Of a stretch of 64,000 bases of DNA, positions 59,635 to 64,000 are shown piece by piece. The number at the start of each line of letters is the position of its first letter. Positions within the stretch are counted from its first letter, which is position 1. The translations under genes were made by a program, and so were the position numbers. The stretch spans positions 150,470 through 214,469 of the forward strand of contig CDMY01000007.1 of the NCBI GenBank assembly GCA_001179505.1. Reading direction: 5' to 3'. The DNA comes from Vitrella brassicaformis CCMP3155 (lineage: Eukaryota > Protista > Chromerida). The notes beneath the pieces are model-generated. The model ran no database searches, was not told the DNA's origin, and saw only the letters and a program-made list of their open reading frames with translations.

Positions 59635-60239
59635 GTGTTTCTTAACGAGAGTCTTTTCTCTGTGTGGTCTTGTGTTCATGACGGTTGGTGTTTGAGCTAA
59701 CGGATATACGGACACTCACCCATTGAAACCAAGCAATCGAGTGCAATGGCAAAGCTGCCATGATACTGAACCATTGCTTGCAGTAGATCAGATCGCGACA
59801 GAAATGAACGTGTGCGTGTGCATTATCATGTGATCAGCACGGCACCATCCGTTCGTTCAGAACACGCGGATCCGTCACCAGAACCACAGAGAGGGAGGGG
59901 GCACCCGTAGCTGCCTGGCTGTTTGCCGCCCCTTCACCACGTGCGTGCGTGCGTGTGTTGGGGTTTCACGGTATGTCATCAGCAAACAGCGGTCAGACAT
60001 GCCACCGGTGCCTTCCTCTCCCTCTCGTTGTGTCTTTCTTGTCATGTGTCTGTCCATATGTACGTATGCACACGAGTCCCCACTTCCCCACCCACTCAGT
60101 CACCCACCACACGTACAGTCGTGGTGGTACCTATTCACAGTCTGTCTATCTGTCTGTCTGTATTGCCGTTGTGTCTTTCTTCTCTCGATGTGTCTCTTCG
60201 TCTGTATCTGTGTTCGTGTCTGTCTGCCTGTTCTGTCTG

Positions 60240-60954
60240 TCACTGCCCTTTGCCGCCTGGCTTTCTGCCCTTGTCGGATTCCCGGCTGGATCCACTCCGG
60301 AGGAACTCCTGCAAAGATAGCCGTCGGCCCCTCATGCCGCGGGAGCGTGCCACCCTTCGCGCCACCCTTCGCGCTTCCTGCTCCCCATCGCCGTCCTGCG
60401 CCCCGTCCTGCCCCTCGCCGGCCACCGTTCCTCCACCCTCCTTGAGCTCTCCTCCCCAACCGTCTGCACCACACAAGGACAAGGCCCATCATATACTCAT
60501 CCATCCACCAATGTGCCTCCCTGCCTCTGTCCCTACCATCCCCCTCCCCCTCTGATGGCTTGCGTTGCACTACTGAGAAGTCGAAGACGTCAGACTCCCT
60601 GCCCAGCGCCACACTGCCCAGTTGAGTTGTCATGGGGAGGCCGTCCTTGAAGGCACCGCTCACACAAACAGGCGACTCGGTCGTCTGGACACTCATGTGC
60701 ACTGCAGACAATCAGACAGAAATCACATGGGATTTGACCAGCGGAGCTGCCTGTCTGTCAGCCTGACCGATGTCGTCCGCATCGAAAATGGAAATCCATG
60801 CGACGAAGCTGTGGCTGCCGTCGGTGAGCACCAGCTCCCGCGCATTACCGTCCCGGCTGAGTGTGGTGGAGCACCCGGCCACCGGTGTGTGGGGCGACTG
60901 GGTGAAGAGGCTATCCAGACGGCCGCCACCAACATGCCTGAACCAACAACAAGA

Positions 60955-60985
<31 letters not shown>

Positions 60986-61854
60986 CAAACACGCACCCCT
61001 CTCGCCACTGGTGCCATCGGTGTGTTACCTGTTGAGGTGATTCGATGTGGCATAGGTCTGGTGAGTTCCGACGAAGTGGTCAAGGATCACACGCTTGGCA
61101 AACGACGACAGCGACGCATCGGTGTCCAGGATATCGTTCGGCCGCCATTCGCCGGCGGTGGAGTAGTGGATGCCCTCACACACAGGGGGGTCGTGTGGCT
61201 GTCGGTGCTGCTGGTACAGGTGGCCGGCAGGGAGGCGCGGGTCGACCTCCAGCTCGAAGCCGGGCTGGTCGACGATGGCCCGCACCTGATTGTCGCCGTG
61301 TTGGAAGAGCTGGAGGCACCTGTCGTCACTGAAGTGGATGTGGCAGCCGACCATCTTGAGCTGCGACAACACTCGGGGAGCCGACACATACGCCTACACA
61401 CAGGACCACACACACCACACACAGACACGAAATGAGGCCCTCTCCCTCCCCTCCCCGCCCCTCTGTTTGCTGGCTCACCGTTTTGTGTGTGTGTGTGTTG
61501 ATGTCATCGGATGTGAGGATGACAGGCAGCTCACATTTGCCGCACTGCCCCGCCAGCTCAATCACCTCGCCGATCTCCACCCATTCTCCCTCCTCCATCA
61601 CACACACAGCCGCCAGCAGATCACACACGCCGAACTGGTCATCGTCGAACCGCACCAGCTGCACTTGCTGCCCGTTGACCACCCGCCGCAGCCCCGCCTG
61701 TGAGCCGACAGAGTGGCGAGGCGGTCTCTCAGCTGGGCCGCTCCGAACAGCTCACTGAGCCACGTGCAGGTGGCCCTCAGCTGGAGTGTGTCTGTGAGGC
61801 TGAGCAGATAGAACGCCCGACGCCCAACGAAGATGTACGTGAAGGGATGTTGCC

Positions 61855-61885
<31 letters not shown>

Positions 61886-61892
61886 CCATCAT
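60240..61892 (-). pseudogene. Member of a lineage-expanded chromerid-type gene family with apparent frameshifts; 3' end uncertain
   Basis: Peptides QQQRQHPFTYIFVGRRAFYLLSLTDTLQLRATCTWL, AGLRRVVNGQQVQLVRFDDDQFGVCDLLAAVCVMEEG, ELAGQCGKCELPVILT, SAPRVLSQLKMVG, SLFTQSPHTPVAGCSTT and PVCVSGAFKD resemble a large Vitrella-type family (memory). The first block is out of frame with both the ATG at 61892 and the downstream block (shift near 61716). Confidence 0.55.
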
Positions 61893-62010
61893 CCCGGGCG
61901 CCACGCGGCGCCACCTTCCGGCGCCACCAACCCAATCGCACCAACCGACGACGTTTCACGGGAAGACGTTTTACGGAAAGACGTTGCTCTAAGGCAAACT
62001 TTCGGTGGCG

Positions 62011-62482
62011 ATGCAGAATACCAATATTAGAGGTTTCTCGAGACGAGGAGCCTGCAGGCAGCGAGATAAGCCAGCAGCGATGGTTTCCGCCTTCTTCTTT
62101 GATAAGGGCGTTGTGCCTAATGGCCAGCGCCGCGTAGTTTTCCAGGACGACGCGTGCGTCGGCAGTGGCGCCACAGCCACCGTCATGAGAGCCCCCCTGC
62201 CACCCTCACTCCGACCACTTGGCACCCACGCCAGCAGCAGCAGCAGCAGGATCAGCAGCGGTGATGCCGCATACAAGCTGGTTTGTGAGGGGGAGGGCAG
62301 CGAGAGGCAGGGCATCCGGCGCACGGAGGTTGCCGCCGAGAAGGAGAGAATGCGGATGCTGGGAGGGCGCCCGCCCTTCCTGCCGCTCCACGTAGCGGGC
62401 AAAGGCACCTTCGTGCGGGGCACGACGCGGGAGACGAGGACCTGCTTAGTAATGCCCACCTTGAAGGGTACAGACACACACA

Positions 62483-62518
<36 letters not shown>

Positions 62519-63809
62519 TCAATCCATCCATCCACCCACACCTATAACGTTTGTCGTGTCTGTCTGTGTCTGTGTGTTGCACCAGAGCCGGAGTGGGTAG
62601 TTCAGTCGCCTGTGCCGCCTCAAGTGGTCCAGTGTCAGCGAGCGGGAGGGCAGCTACCACCTCAGCAGCATCACCGCCCGATACCGCCGCACCAAGGACG
62701 CCAGGCAGCTGCTCGGCGACTTGACTGTGGTGACCAAGGCGGTCGCGCAGATGGCCACAGCGCACGACTACGCGCTGGAGGAGGGGGTGGTGTGCGTGGA
62801 CGCCTTTGCCAACAACGTCATGTTGGAGAGGTCGTGGCTGTGCCCGGATCCCTCAGTTCCCCTCCCCGAGGCATGCCAGGGCGTGCGCATGATAGACCTG
62901 GCCAACAGCGTCTGCACACCACCCACCGACACGGCGTCCCCCCCCACCCCACCACCGCTCATCGGCCGCCGTGGCGCCCGTGTGCCCATGACGAAGGACG
63001 ATCTCAAGAGGCTGCGGCAGATCCCCACCGGCACCAGGTGGCTGTGCTCGCCGGAGCACATGCTCCTCAACGGCGGCACCAAGCCGTCCGCCGCCACCCC
63101 TGACGCCGTCAGTGAGCCAATCAAGGAGGCCATAGAAGACCTGTCGTGTGAGCTGCAATTGGCGGGGGCGTTAGTGAGGGAGGGGCTGTGGGTTGGCGAG
63201 CCTGCAGTGGTTTGGAGTTTGTGCATGATGATAGAGCTGCTGCTGAGGGCGGGCCGTTCGATGATGGAGGGCGTGATGGAGTTCTTCGGCATCGACGACT
63301 CCACCGTCCCACTGCAGGACCAGGAGCTGCTGATGGTCATGCAGTGGGACAAGTTTTGGGAGCTCGTCGTGGACGACGACGGCCGCCCTCTCGTCGCTGG
63401 GGAGCCCGACACGCCTGACGGCCAGCCGGTGTGCCCGCTCGACGGCCTGGGGGAGGGGGAGGGCCTCCCGTGGGTGGACGACTGGGTCGACATCATCGCC
63501 GGCATCGCAGCCAAAGGTCTCGTCACCAAACAGCAGCAGCGCGGCACCGTGGCGGACATCAAGGGCGCTCTCAGCCGCGACCTCGACCTCCTAAGCGAGG
63601 TGCAGAAGGCCATGGACGAGGAGCTCCACGCCGGCGCTGCTGCAGAGGGCCGTGAGGCGGCTGAGGAGGAGCGTGACGAGGAGGATATGGCCAGCATGCC
63701 GAGGAGAGCGAGGGCCACGAGCACCTCCAGCAGCAGCAGAGCCAGGGGGGAGACCAGTTGGAGGGACACGAGGGGGACGAGAGGGTCACGCTGCAGCAGC
63801 CGCCACTAG
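62011..63809 (+). CDS. Atypical protein kinase-like protein (possible pseudokinase) with an apparent frameshift near 62600
   Basis: Gly loop VGSGATATV, beta3 AAYKLV, alphaC EVAAEKE, hinge LVMPTLK, catalytic loop VVCVDAFANNVML, DLA in place of DFG, SPE in place of APE, VVWSL in place of DVWSL. The gene may continue past the window end. Confidence 0.65.
62474..62518 (+). repeat. (AC)n(AG)n microsatellite at the 5' end of the kinase-like gene intron
   Basis: Seen directly after the donor GT at 62468. Confidence 0.95.
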
Positions 63810-64000
63810 CACAGCCAGTGATTAGTTCTGAGGTTGTCGAAGGTATGTCAGTTGGACAGGCACAGGCAGACAATAGACACATGGGGCGTGCAGACATCTG
63901 CCTCATTGTCATCTCTCTGTCTCTCTTTCTGTGTATGTATGTGCGCGCGATCAGCAGTCGTTGTCGAGGCCGAGGACGAGCCGAAAGAGCCGCACCCTGC

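Noticed and set aside
59092-59715. 207-aa minus-strand ORF
   Set aside because: Antisense shadow of the plus-strand 58492..59634 CDS.
62768-63769. 333-aa minus-strand ORF
   Set aside because: Ser/Ala-rich mirror of the GC3-rich kinase-like exon.

Overview
Intron-rich, gene-dense eukaryotic genomic DNA. The intron style, microsatellite usage, a bipartite plastid-type leader and a lineage-specific gene family suggest a chromerid alveolate such as Vitrella (inference, not searched). I found no prokaryotic features, CRISPR arrays, rRNA or tRNA. Genes in order: phosphoserine aminotransferase (+, 5' end outside the window); CFAP69-like flagellar ARM protein (+); multi-pass membrane protein with C-terminal LRRs (-); dually acylated MORN-repeat protein (-); SLC35D-like nucleotide-sugar transporter (+); giant VPS13 (-); kinesin-7/CENP-E-like motor with about 30 QT (LC8-type) motifs in its tail (+); a possible small orphan gene (-); TM9SF/EMP70 (+); Bfr1/PPI1-like coiled-coil protein (-); BCKDH E1-alpha (+); divergent DONSON-like protein (-); intronless plastid-targeted trigger-factor-N-like protein (+); and a head-to-head pair of a lineage-specific family gene (-) and an atypical kinase (+), both with apparent frameshifts. 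Main observations: (1) many introns have AC-rich 5' ends and complementary GT-rich 3' ends; (2) the kinesin tail carries a multivalent LC8-motif array; (3) a GCGAGCT motif recurs in the short head-to-head spacers; (4) a DONSON candidate sits next to a telomere-type repeat. All exon structures were assembled by eye, so boundaries are approximate.
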